64,000 nt of DNA from Lachnospiraceae bacterium. Its GTDB lineage: Bacteria > Bacillota > Clostridia > Lachnospirales > Lachnospiraceae. A model generated the notes under the pieces. That model saw nothing but the letters and a program-made list of their open reading frames with translations, searched no databases and was not told where the DNA came from. The stretch covers positions 1,214 to 65,213 of the forward strand of contig JAZQUB010000011.1 in assembly GCA_045631045.1 (NCBI GenBank), written 5' to 3'. Below are positions 18,201-26,565 of this stretch, piece by piece (position 1 is the stretch's first letter; each line of letters starts with the position of its first letter). Position numbers and translations under genes: made by a program.

Positions 18201-21200
18201 CCTCACCCAGGTTCTCACAGTCTGTCACAAATCCGCAGCTTCGTCCTACAATACCACCTAAATTATATCCGATATGAGCATATCCTATGGTTCCTGTATT
18301 GCTACAGCCTTCTAATACACCGGTAGAATAACCTGCAACGCCACCGGTATCGGCTGCAGCTCCTAATACATTCATGCTGTTAAGCTTAGACAAGTCCATA
18401 GATATATCCAGATTTAAGTCTTCCAAAGAAATGGCAGGATCCACGCTTACATTATTGACACATGCGTCATTCTTGCATTTGATAATGGAGCCTTGATTAT
18501 AACCGCATATACCACCTGTCATGGTCTCTCCAAGTACGGTTCCGCTGACACGACAATTTCTAAGCGTTGCCGATGTGCCATTAATACCTACAATACCGCC
18601 GGTATGGGTCTTTCCTTTTACCGTTCCCGTAAAGGTGCTATTTATAATTTCACCATAATTTTCGCCGACAATGCCTCCTACTGCTTCCTGTATGCCGGTA
18701 GGCTCTATATTACCGGTTACATTAACATTTTTAATAACGGCACCCTCTTGAAGCACACCAAATAACCCCGCTGGGGAAACACCGGAATTCACCTTTAGCC
18801 CGTGGATAGAATGCCCTTTGCCATCAAAAATGCCGCCAAAGGTCGGAATGGGCAAAAATTCCTCTTCCAGAAAAATATCTGCCTGAAGGACCACCGTCTT
18901 GCCACGAGACCAAGAATCCAGCTTGCAGTTCTCAGCCAGTTCCAATAAATCCTCTGCATCTTTAATTTTAATAGTTTCTTCGCTCACATAAGTAATATCC
19001 GCTGCCTGCACAGGAACTACGGCTCCACCAAGAACAACAGCCAATGCCAACACAACGATACCTCTTACCACATTTCGCCCACCTGTTTCCCCGGTATGAG
19101 AAATCCCCGGTACAGAGAAGGAAGTCTTGTCTATAATCTTTGCACCCACCAACAAAAGCTGTGGAAGAACAAACATAACCAGACAAATAGAAATCACCGT
19201 ACCTCTTGCCAAATTTAATCCCATATTGGCAATGGAGCCCTCGGAAGTCATATTACCGATAAAAAAGCTTGCCGTAGCCATAATCGTTCCCGAAATTGCA
19301 ATAGTCGGAAACGCAAAATTCATAGTTCCCACAATCGCCTGCTTATGCGGCATCTTGTCCTTCAATTCCATAAAGCGACTTGCAATCACAATGGCATAAT
19401 CGATATTGGCACCCATCTGAATGGCACTTACAATTAAATACGTCATAAAGAAAATACCATTTCCCGTAAAAGTCGGAACAGAGAAATTCATCCAGATACT
19501 GCCCTGAATTACTAAAATCAAAAGCAACGGCATGCCCACAGACTTAAAGGTAAATAACAATACTCCCAATACAATTAAAATGGTCAACACACTAATGACT
19601 GTATTATCCTTACTAAAGGTTTTCTGAAAATCATACTCGCTGGTTGGATTCCCAACCACATATACCTCTCCCTCCGGATAGTATTCCTCTGCAATTCCTC
19701 TCATGGTATCCAAAAAGGCATATAGGATATCTCCACCCTCCGGTATGTCCAGATACACTAACATGCGACTATAGCCCTCGCTTTGCAGCTGCTGCTTGGC
19801 ACTCTGCATCTGGGTCTGTGCCACAGAAAGCATTGCTTGTTGCTCCTCACCAAGAGACACCAGTCCTGAGTCTACCTGCTCACAGACAAATAAAAACATA
19901 TCAATGAGAGGCACTTTATATGTAGAAATACTGCTGATAATTTTTTCGTAGCTTCCCTGCTCTGCTGCATATGCCGCATAAATGACCTGCGCCAGTTCAT
20001 AATCCACATCTGTAAGCTCCGCAAATTCACGAGGATTTAAACTATCACTAAGTACATATCCCCCTAATGCCTCCACATTGGCAAGGCCCAAGGCAGACTC
20101 CACCTCTTCATATTCACTCAGACGTACCAAAATTTCCCCTTCCGCCTCATAATTTCCGGCAGGAAGTACCAAGGCCACCATCTCAGAAGAAGTAAAATTA
20201 TCCCCAATCATATGCTCCGCAATCTTTTTTTCATTTAATTTCGCCGTTTCCAGCCTGTTATATCCATACACATATGGACAATCTGCTGCAAAATGACAAG
20301 CTGCAAATATCACTACCACAAAAATCGGTGGAACAATAAAACGAGTGGCATAAGCAAACTTACCTATAAAAGGAATCTCCGGTATGAAATTTTTATGCTT
20401 GGTTTTATCCATCAAAGGACCAAACCATATTAAAAGCCCCGGCATTACTACAAATACAGAAAGTAACGCGAAGAAAATAGACTTAATCAGGTTAATCCCC
20501 ATATCCGGCCCAATTTTAAACTGCATAAATAACATAGCAAACAAACCACCAATGGTAGTCAGACTGCTGGCTGTAATTTCCGGAATAGACTTGCTAAGTG
20601 CTGCTACTACTGCCTCGTTAATCGGCAGGCTCTTATGTTCCTCCTTATAACGATTACAAAAAATAACCGCATAGTCCAAAGATAATGCAAGCTGCAGTAC
20701 CGTAGTCACGGAATTGGATACAAAGGAAATCTTGCCCATAATAAAGTTAGTACCCATATTCAGCACCGCCGCTACTATAAACGTCAAAAGAAGAACCGGG
20801 ATTTCCGCATAGGTCTGTGAGGTCAAAAGCAGCACCAAAATAATAATCACTGCTACATACACCATAATCACTTCCACTTCCCTTGCAATAATATCCGGAA
20901 GGGAATACCCAATTTCAGAGCCCACACATACATCCTGCCCTGCCAATACGTCCTTTACTTCTGCCAAAGACTTCTCACATCGGGAATCATACTGGTCATA
21001 ATCAAACATGACAGTATACAATGCAGAGGCATTCTGATAATGTGCAGAGGTCCGGTCAAAGGTCACACTTTGAACCCCTTCCACCTCTGATATATCGTCC
21101 ACATATGCAAGCGCATCTTCATATGTAATATTGGCAACCATCACATTGGCAGTCCCCAACGTAACAAAGTTGTCCTCCATAATTTCCATACCGAGTTTGG

Positions 21201-21345
21201 TCTCAGAATTCGACGGCAGATAAAATACCAGGTCATTTTCCACTTCTACCCATCCTATAGAAACAGCAGAAAATAGAAATCCTAAAATAACGAATAAAAA
21301 GAATAAATTGCGTTTTGCTACGATAAATGACGCGATTTTTGTCAT
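15253..21345 (-). CDS. Giant multi-domain envelope protein: MMPL/RND-type transporter fused to GLUG-repeat, coiled-coil and unknown C-terminal modules
   Basis: Single uninterrupted ORF. Likely start is MTKIASFIVAKRN at 21345 (GGGAGA RBS). Numbering uses the ORF-track residues. Residues 22-760 form two 6-TM bundles with MMPL-like motifs (LSLDYAVIFCNRYKEE, GANIDYAIVIASRF). Residues 855-1085 and 1240-1410 carry GGIVG/GGIAG/GGICG repeats. Residues 1090-1215 are heptad-rich. Residues 1586-1640 are two TMs. Residues 1650-2051 are a duplicated module. Confidence 0.85.
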   Translation of the reverse strand: MTKIASFIVAKRNLFFLFVILGFLFSAVSIGWVEVENDLVFYLPSNSETKLGMEIMEDNFVTLGTANVMVANITYEDALAYVDDISEVEGVQSVTFDRTSAHYQNASALYTVMFDYDQYDSRCEKSLAEVKDVLAGQDVCVGSEIGYSLPDIIAREVEVIMVYVAVIIILVLLLTSQTYAEIPVLLLTFIVAAVLNMGTNFIMGKISFVSNSVTTVLQLALSLDYAVIFCNRYKEEHKSLPINEAVVAALSKSIPEITASSLTTIGGLFAMLFMQFKIGPDMGINLIKSIFFALLSVFVVMPGLLIWFGPLMDKTKHKNFIPEIPFIGKFAYATRFIVPPIFVVVIFAACHFAADCPYVYGYNRLETAKLNEKKIAEHMIGDNFTSSEMVALVLPAGNYEAEGEILVRLSEYEEVESALGLANVEALGGYVLSDSLNPREFAELTDVDYELAQVIYAAYAAEQGSYEKIISSISTYKVPLIDMFLFVCEQVDSGLVSLGEEQQAMLSVAQTQMQSAKQQLQSEGYSRMLVYLDIPEGGDILYAFLDTMRGIAEEYYPEGEVYVVGNPTSEYDFQKTFSKDNTVISVLTILIVLGVLLFTFKSVGMPLLLILVIQGSIWMNFSVPTFTGNGIFFMTYLIVSAIQMGANIDYAIVIASRFMELKDKMPHKQAIVGTMNFAFPTIAISGTIMATASFFIGNMTSEGSIANMGLNLARGTVISICLVMFVLPQLLLVGAKIIDKTSFSVPGISHTGETGGRNVVRGIVVLALAVVLGGAVVPVQAADITYVSEETIKIKDAEDLLELAENCKLDSWSRGKTVVLQADIFLEEEFLPIPTFGGIFDGKGHSIHGLKVNSGVSPAGLFGVLQEGAVIKNVNVTGNIEPTGIQEAVGGIVGENYGEIINSTFTGTVKGKTHTGGIVGINGTSATLRNCRVSGTVLGETMTGGICGYNQGSIIKCKNDACVNNVSVDPAISLEDLNLDISMDLSKLNSMNVLGAAADTGGVAGYSTGVLEGCSNTGTIGYAHIGYNLGGIVGRSCGFVTDCENLGEVYGRKDVGGIVGQMEPYIEVELSASGIARLSQETKELSEAVETLEKSIDAGNATLQKRINKIKAYTAEMEKALDKADGETEGSDSRSDLQVKSAVLIKQIELLAQETAGTAGVLGKDVEKLSRQASSLSDTLEDVMEEAEHLALSDFADDISEVNLEAATLGKVMKSRNKGAIYGDINVGGIAGTISLEYELDPEDDLTAEISMKERRKYEFTSIIYECENSAVVTAKKHYAGGICGRMDLGFLSDCQGYGAIYSESGDYVGGIAGLTGSTVQKCFAKCSLAGKHYIGGIVGSGITEDATGESSTVRWCYSMVDVAGAQQFTGAIAGIHAGDYLECYFVGEDLTGINRISYAGQAEPISYEELLEVENLPKDFEKVTIPLLMNENATVADMDIFTLKSKEVRADGRAVFLAEGRFAAEDILEITQKEPDFAWEEQQGFWDKLNKTQLLEQWSVEVPEDGLLLHTLRYLPKEAEKEGLSLYVKQDGKWKRADEQKAGSYFVVNIAGTNAEIAVVETTRLWTLWLAAVIVIVGMIGGVVWLIRKKKNIVKWLAWVLAICIVVLAVILAVILLRGKLTGGIGAYQLLKEYVEQPEMFMELSVQTKLGDTQSEVEAMVFTTDLEGHQVTGIRQSDVSFFYADGMIILENGKAYGASEVSADYTELMNYLVFLYQDVDIESLKEEESLTYRITVKEKSKEKLLTCLLPNMGEDALEMKHLQVDVVEKEEALDSILFTVQGKAENKKDFTVTAEFKVVDTDAVTIEIPQEVRKAIMSEQPKVEEIMTEDVFRLYAGWKDLDDRNPLGMQIYLNADCGPLSVGEDITFITKKQDDLQVNCIRKNDVSVYFTEDKICNEKGYSVTTKSAESIEPAMLLGLAYELFLHGTFSCTEVDDMYIYSLALEEDAMSEIAAAIAKESTKMAIKFENGSMQVRIQDNKIQSIRFACDGNVDILVTNVAVAFSAELDLTGTETYESFMVPEKVLETLK

Positions 21346-21515
21346 AAAATTTTCTCCCGTTTTTTTGCGAGTTTCTTCATTTAATAAATACCATAATTTG
21401 CACGACATTTCAATGCAGCTTTTGTACTTTTCAGAAAAAACTGCTGACTTTTACCCTTATATATGATATAGTTAAATTACCAAATATAACTACAAAATCT
21501 TAAGGAGGAATACTT

Positions 21516-22040
21516 ATGTTAACATATGTATACTATAAAGATGTATTTCTCGAGAAACAGAAATATAATCACGAAAAGGATGAGAGCTTTTCCATGCAAT
21601 TCGCCAAAATTTTACTCGTATTTTTCCTGCTCTTTTTACTATGGAACGGCTATTCCCATTATAAACAAATAGAATTGATTCACCATGGTACCCCTGTGCT
21701 TGCAGACGTCTCTGTAGTAGGCGATGACAAATACATTTCCTTTACAGCAGAGGACGGAAAAACCTACGAAAAGCACATTTCCGGTATGTTTGTGGCTTAC
21801 GGAACCCATGAAGGAAGCAGCCGAACCTTCAAGCTCTCTGACCTCTTCTTTCAAGAACCCAGCGATACCATAGTGGTTTACTATCCAAAAGAACCGGCTA
21901 ATGCAACACCGCTGACTGAACCAATTTTCTTCTATATTATGTACGCTATTTCCGCTGCAGGTATTATGTTTGCGCTTTGGGTAATAAGAAGGACAAAACA
22001 AAGCATTGAAAAAAATAAGACGATAGTAGAAGAAGAATAA
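21516..22040 (+). CDS. Hypothetical two-TM membrane protein (DUF3592-like?)
   Basis: 174 aa. Strong AAGGAGG RBS; N- and C-terminal TM helices flank a beta-rich segment. Divergent from the giant gene. Confidence 0.6.
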   Translation: MLTYVYYKDVFLEKQKYNHEKDESFSMQFAKILLVFFLLFLLWNGYSHYKQIELIHHGTPVLADVSVVGDDKYISFTAEDGKTYEKHISGMFVAYGTHEGSSRTFKLSDLFFQEPSDTIVVYYPKEPANATPLTEPIFFYIMYAISAAGIMFALWVIRRTKQSIEKNKTIVEEE

Positions 22041-22090
22041 AAACAAGGCTGCCACATCAGTTTAAAAACCAATGTGACAGCCTATTTTGT
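22040..22090. terminator. Convergent bidirectional terminator
   Basis: AGGCTGCCACAT-loop-ATGTGACAGCCT, with an A-run upstream and TATTTTGTT downstream. Confidence 0.7.
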
Positions 22091-22872
22091 TATCCCAAAG
22101 CTACATCTAACGCCATCATCAAAGAAAAACCCACTGCAAACATAACCGTACCCAGATTGGAATGCTCTCCTTCGCTCATTTCCGGAATCAGCTCCTCTAC
22201 TACCACGTAAATCATGGCACCTGCGGCAAAACTCAATAAATACGGCAAAACCGGCACCACATAATTTGCTGCCATAATCGTAAGAATGGCCCCGATAGGC
22301 TCAACTACACCGGACAGCATACCATATAAAAATGCTTTTGGCTTCCCGGTTCCCTCTGCCCTAAGGGGCATGGATATAATCGCTCCTTCCGGAAAATTTT
22401 GAATGGCAATACCTAAAGATAAGGTCAATGCACCTGCCAATGAAATTCCCGCATTGTCCATAATCATGCCCGCAAACACAGCACCAACGGCCATTCCCTC
22501 CGGGAGATTGTGCAGTGCCACCGCCAGTACCAGCATCGTGGAACGGGACAATGGACTCTTTGGACCTTCTGCTTTTTCACTGTTCAGATGCAAATGTGGA
22601 ATCGCCCTGTCCAGGGCTAGAAGAAATACAATGCCCATCCAAAAACCCGCTACGGCCGGAACAAAGCTCCACGTTCCCATACCCGACGCCTGTTCCATAG
22701 CCGGAATCAAAAGACTCCACACAGAGGCTGCTACCATAACACCTGCCGCAAAACCGGTCAGTGCCCTTTGCAGACCACGTTTCATTTCCCCTCTCATAAA
22801 GAACACGCATGCCGCCCCCAAAGAGGTTCCTAAAAACGGCAACATAATACCCTGAAAAATTTCTATCGTCAT
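22090..22872 (-). CDS. ZIP family metal (Zn/Fe) transporter
   Basis: 260 aa, 8 TM. ALHNLPEGMAVG and IAIQNFPEGA motifs. Begins 9 nt after the upstream gene. Confidence 0.85.
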   Translation of the reverse strand: MTIEIFQGIMLPFLGTSLGAACVFFMRGEMKRGLQRALTGFAAGVMVAASVWSLLIPAMEQASGMGTWSFVPAVAGFWMGIVFLLALDRAIPHLHLNSEKAEGPKSPLSRSTMLVLAVALHNLPEGMAVGAVFAGMIMDNAGISLAGALTLSLGIAIQNFPEGAIISMPLRAEGTGKPKAFLYGMLSGVVEPIGAILTIMAANYVVPVLPYLLSFAAGAMIYVVVEELIPEMSEGEHSNLGTVMFAVGFSLMMALDVALG

Positions 22873-22881
22873 ATAAATCTC

Positions 22882-25800
22882 CTACAAATTAGAATGTTCC
22901 AATATATTATATGCCAATTCCTGCATTTTGGAAACATTTACTTTGCAAACCTTTCTGTCATATGTATAAAGACCGTTCACTTCGTCTTCCACGTCACTAA
23001 GCTGGGTATACACACATCCACAAATTCCTTTCTCCAGTCCGGGCAAAATCATTTCTTTATACATGTTTACAATCATGTCCGTCAGTGCTTCCTTATCCTC
23101 GGAACTGCCATAACCATACGTATTGTATTTACTATAATAATGCTCCTTTACCACCTGGGAATAGCCACCACACTCCGATACAAAAGCCGGTCGCTCCTTA
23201 ATCGTCGGCGGTGTCGTCTTAAAGTAAATGTGCGTACTGTCAAAGTCGTTTTTCTGCTGTGAAAACCAGCCGGATGTAGTATCCGCCAGTCGGGTATTAT
23301 CCAGACGCTTCACCAAATCATACATTTCATCACTGTTAAACTGACCCCAGCCTTCATTGAAAATGGTATATGCCACAATACTCGGATGATTGTACAACTG
23401 CTCTATGGTTTCTTTGGTATGCCTCTTAAAAATACGCATGGTTTCGTTTTCATGCTTTTTTACATCCTTTCGCTTCAACATACCAATGGTTGGAAGCGCG
23501 GTATCAAACAGGAAAGAATAACCACCGTTATTTACCATATCCTGCATCACTAACATACCATGCTTATCACAATAATAGTAAAACACCTCCGGCTCCACCT
23601 TAATATGCTTACGCAGCATGTTATACCCCAGCTCTTTCATGCGTAGAATATCTCTTTCGTATTCCTCCGGTTCTGCCGGAAGAAAAATGCCGTCACAGAA
23701 ATATCCCTGGTCTAAGACACCATGCATGAAAATCGGCTTGTTATTCAGACAAACATGATTTACACCACCCACATTCTGAATGTCTATTTTACGAAGTGCA
23801 AAATAGGTGTCCACCTCGTCTGTCTCTGTTACAATCTTCATATCATAAAGATGTGGATTGTTCACATCCCAAAGCTTTGGAGTGTAATTCTGACCGCTTT
23901 TGTCCACATGGTCAGTCAGTTTTATGTAACCTTCCCGCCCAATAAACTGTTTTTCCAATTGTTCACCATTAGACAATTGGATAATTACTTTAAATCCTTT
24001 TTCCTGTACGCCAGCTGCCTTTTTCAAGTTCTCTGCTAAAATTTCACCTGCCATGTTCAACGAAATTGTCACACCGTCCATATTCGGAGTCAACATCACT
24101 TTTGCAATATATGTCTCCGATACATTTTCCAGCCACACACTCTGCCAAATACCGCTGACCGGGGTATACCACATGCCGCCGCGCTCCTTGCATTGCTTAC
24201 CATAAGGATACTTTCTATCAAGACGGTCTGTCACCTTTACTACCAATCGGTTTCTTCTTTCACGCTCTATATTCGATGTAATATCCAGACAAAACGGTAG
24301 ATAACCGCCCTCATGCTTGCCAACGGGCACATCATTCACATAAACTTCCGCAATCTGGTCCACCGCACCAAAATGCAACAACACACGCTCCTTTGTAAAA
24401 TCTTCCGGAATGGTAAACTCCGTCTCATACACCAGTTTGGCTCCTATACGACCTTCAAACCCGGATAGAAGTGCCTGTGGTGGAAACGGCATACAAATCG
24501 GCTTACCGTTTAAGGTCCAGTTTTTATGTAAGATCACATAACCTGCTCGCTTCATCTGCGGTCTTGGGTATATGTCCCATGGGGTTGTGGACGAAGCCAG
24601 CACACGCTCCCCTGCCTCACTTACCAATCTATGATGTGCCACGCGCACCATATAAAAAATCGCATCCAGTACTAACAGCAATACTACTGCTGTCACAAAA
24701 GCTGCTGCCCAGATATTTCTATTTGGAAGAAAAGAAAATGTACCATCATTATTTTCAATCTGCTGTGCATTACGAAGTACAAATGCACCGATAGACGGTC
24801 CAACTACTCCCGGAATCAATACTTGTCCGATAATACGAATCCCTTGGAAACGACCTGCCATATTTTCCGGAATATGCTCACGAATTTTAGCACCAAATAC
24901 TGCCATACCACACAAGTAACCGCTCATCATAAGCAGCGAACCGATAAATACCGGCAAAGTACCTATACTTACAAACAAAATCAGATATCCTGCAAGCAAC
25001 ATTCCCACACATGGATACACGCTTTTTTGAAAACCAAGCTGGTCATACAAGCTTCCATAAACTGCGGTAAAAATGGCTGCCAAAATAATTGCCGGAGCCA
25101 GTACAAGGACATAATTTGTCATCTGTAAGGATTTTTCATAATACACAATTAAGTAAGGCATATACGTGTTGATAGAGATACCAAACACTGCAAAGGCTAC
25201 AATCACCGCATATAATAATTTATTATCCTTAAAGGTGCGAATCCGAAAACTGTAAAGCACATTTTGCAAATACGTAAACTCTTGTTTTTCTTCCGTGTTT
25301 CCGGACTGTACCTTTCTCGTCGGTGCTTCCTCAATCAGGAAAATACCCAGTGCACCAAGCACAATTACTATGCTGCCTATTATAACAAAAATCAAGGACC
25401 AACTGGATGCCAGATCCAAATTAAAGCCCATAAAACCGCCAAACACCACGAGAATTGCCACAAGCGGCATCATGGCATTAATACCCTCGATTTTACCACG
25501 GTTACTTTTATCACCCACGTCTGTCAGCCAGGCATTGTACGCTGCATCGTTTGCCGCGGAACCAAAAAAGATCATCACACAGTCCAGAATAATTACCAGA
25601 CTAACCCCCAGCGCTGCAGCTTGAACGGTACCGCCGCATAAAAGCGTCAAAACGTCCATTCTCACCAGACCAAATCCCAGTATAGAAACACCCCACACCA
25701 TGTACCCACCGCAAATGAATGTTTTGCGCTTACCAATATAATCAGATAATGCTCCGATTAAAATAGTAGTCAGTGTGGCCGCCACAGAGCTGGCACTTAC

Positions 25801-25944
25801 CATCAAGGAAATATCTGCTGCAGACGCATGAAACATTTTGTAGATAAATACATTCAGGTACATATTTTCTACCACCCATGCCACCTGACCTACCAATCCA
25901 AACAGCACAAGTGCTGCCCAAAATTTTTTGCCTAAGTTTTTCAT
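22882..25944 (-). CDS. Fusion protein: 12-TM MFS/GPH-like transporter (N) + glycoside hydrolase family 2 (C)
   Basis: Residues 1 to about 445 form 12 predicted TM helices with an MFS loop motif (GALSDYIGKRK). From about residue 465 come the GH2 sugar-binding, Ig-like and TIM-barrel regions, with NEGWG (acid/base Glu at 23353-23355) and SECGG (nucleophile Glu at 23173-23175). Confidence 0.8.
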   Translation of the reverse strand: MKNLGKKFWAALVLFGLVGQVAWVVENMYLNVFIYKMFHASAADISLMVSASSVAATLTTILIGALSDYIGKRKTFICGGYMVWGVSILGFGLVRMDVLTLLCGGTVQAAALGVSLVIILDCVMIFFGSAANDAAYNAWLTDVGDKSNRGKIEGINAMMPLVAILVVFGGFMGFNLDLASSWSLIFVIIGSIVIVLGALGIFLIEEAPTRKVQSGNTEEKQEFTYLQNVLYSFRIRTFKDNKLLYAVIVAFAVFGISINTYMPYLIVYYEKSLQMTNYVLVLAPAIILAAIFTAVYGSLYDQLGFQKSVYPCVGMLLAGYLILFVSIGTLPVFIGSLLMMSGYLCGMAVFGAKIREHIPENMAGRFQGIRIIGQVLIPGVVGPSIGAFVLRNAQQIENNDGTFSFLPNRNIWAAAFVTAVVLLLVLDAIFYMVRVAHHRLVSEAGERVLASSTTPWDIYPRPQMKRAGYVILHKNWTLNGKPICMPFPPQALLSGFEGRIGAKLVYETEFTIPEDFTKERVLLHFGAVDQIAEVYVNDVPVGKHEGGYLPFCLDITSNIERERRNRLVVKVTDRLDRKYPYGKQCKERGGMWYTPVSGIWQSVWLENVSETYIAKVMLTPNMDGVTISLNMAGEILAENLKKAAGVQEKGFKVIIQLSNGEQLEKQFIGREGYIKLTDHVDKSGQNYTPKLWDVNNPHLYDMKIVTETDEVDTYFALRKIDIQNVGGVNHVCLNNKPIFMHGVLDQGYFCDGIFLPAEPEEYERDILRMKELGYNMLRKHIKVEPEVFYYYCDKHGMLVMQDMVNNGGYSFLFDTALPTIGMLKRKDVKKHENETMRIFKRHTKETIEQLYNHPSIVAYTIFNEGWGQFNSDEMYDLVKRLDNTRLADTTSGWFSQQKNDFDSTHIYFKTTPPTIKERPAFVSECGGYSQVVKEHYYSKYNTYGYGSSEDKEALTDMIVNMYKEMILPGLEKGICGCVYTQLSDVEDEVNGLYTYDRKVCKVNVSKMQELAYNILEHSNL

Positions 25945-26006
25945 CGCACTCTCCTATGTATTTTTCTTTTTCAACTTCTAAGTTGCCATCTACAAGAATT
26001 ATAACA

Positions 26007-26043
26007 CAAAACTCCCCTGCCAGCTACTAATAAACCGGCAGGG
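26007..26043 (-). terminator. Terminator after the cupin gene
   Basis: On the minus strand, CCCTGCCGG-loop-CTGGCAGGG followed by GAGTTTTGTG. Confidence 0.55.
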
Positions 26044-26057
26044 AATTCCATTCTTTT

Positions 26058-26486
26058 CTAATATTTTTTCTTTTCCCCATCTGCCCGTGTTTTGTGCACC
26101 GTTCCCTTCGGGTGATTCGGCGGTGCATAAACGGAAGACAATTTCAACGGATGCATACTAGCATTTACAATGTTATGCCAGGTTCCTGCCGGAATAAAAA
26201 TGGCATCCCCTTTGCACAAATTTTGCTTAAAGTCCAGCACATTCCTACAGTTTCCCATTTTAACTAATGCTTTCCCATGTTCTATTCTTATTAACTGATC
26301 GGTATCCGCATGCATTTCTACCCCAATCTCCCCACATGGCGGAATACACATAACTGTCATCTGTAAATAACATCCCGTCCAAATCGCTGTTCGAAAGTTA
26401 GGGTTTTGAGCCGTTATATGCTCTATATTGGTAATATACGGATTACCTCCCTTATCTGTCTGCATGGAACAACAACTTTGCTTCAT
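26058..26486 (-). CDS. Cupin domain-containing protein
   Basis: Conserved part is NPYITNIEHITAQNPNFRTAIWTG...GEIGVEMHADTDQLIRIEHG...AIFIPAGTWHN. Start at MKQSCC (26486) with a GAGGG RBS. The longer ORF-track N-terminus overlaps the upstream gene and is discounted. Confidence 0.75.
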   Translation of the reverse strand: MKQSCCSMQTDKGGNPYITNIEHITAQNPNFRTAIWTGCYLQMTVMCIPPCGEIGVEMHADTDQLIRIEHGKALVKMGNCRNVLDFKQNLCKGDAIFIPAGTWHNIVNASMHPLKLSSVYAPPNHPKGTVHKTRADGEKKKY

Positions 26487-26565
26487 ACAAGCCCTCGTTT
26501 TCCCATTTATATTATAATATGCCTTATAGAAAATGGTGTGATAAAAATGCTCCTTGAACTGGCAC

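Noticed and set aside
17179-18846. Possible DNA-level tandem repeats or a CRISPR-like array underlying the GGIVG/GGIAG protein repeats.
   Set aside because: The repeats are short and degenerate at protein level with irregular spacing. No conserved nucleotide repeat unit or spacer structure is visible.
18841-18855. LPIPT in the giant protein (…EEEFLPIPTFGG…), considered as a possible LPxTG sortase motif.
   Set aside because: It lacks the Gly and is not followed by a hydrophobic helix or basic tail. It lies at the start of the GLUG domain and is a class A-type motif, whereas the neighbouring sortase is class B.
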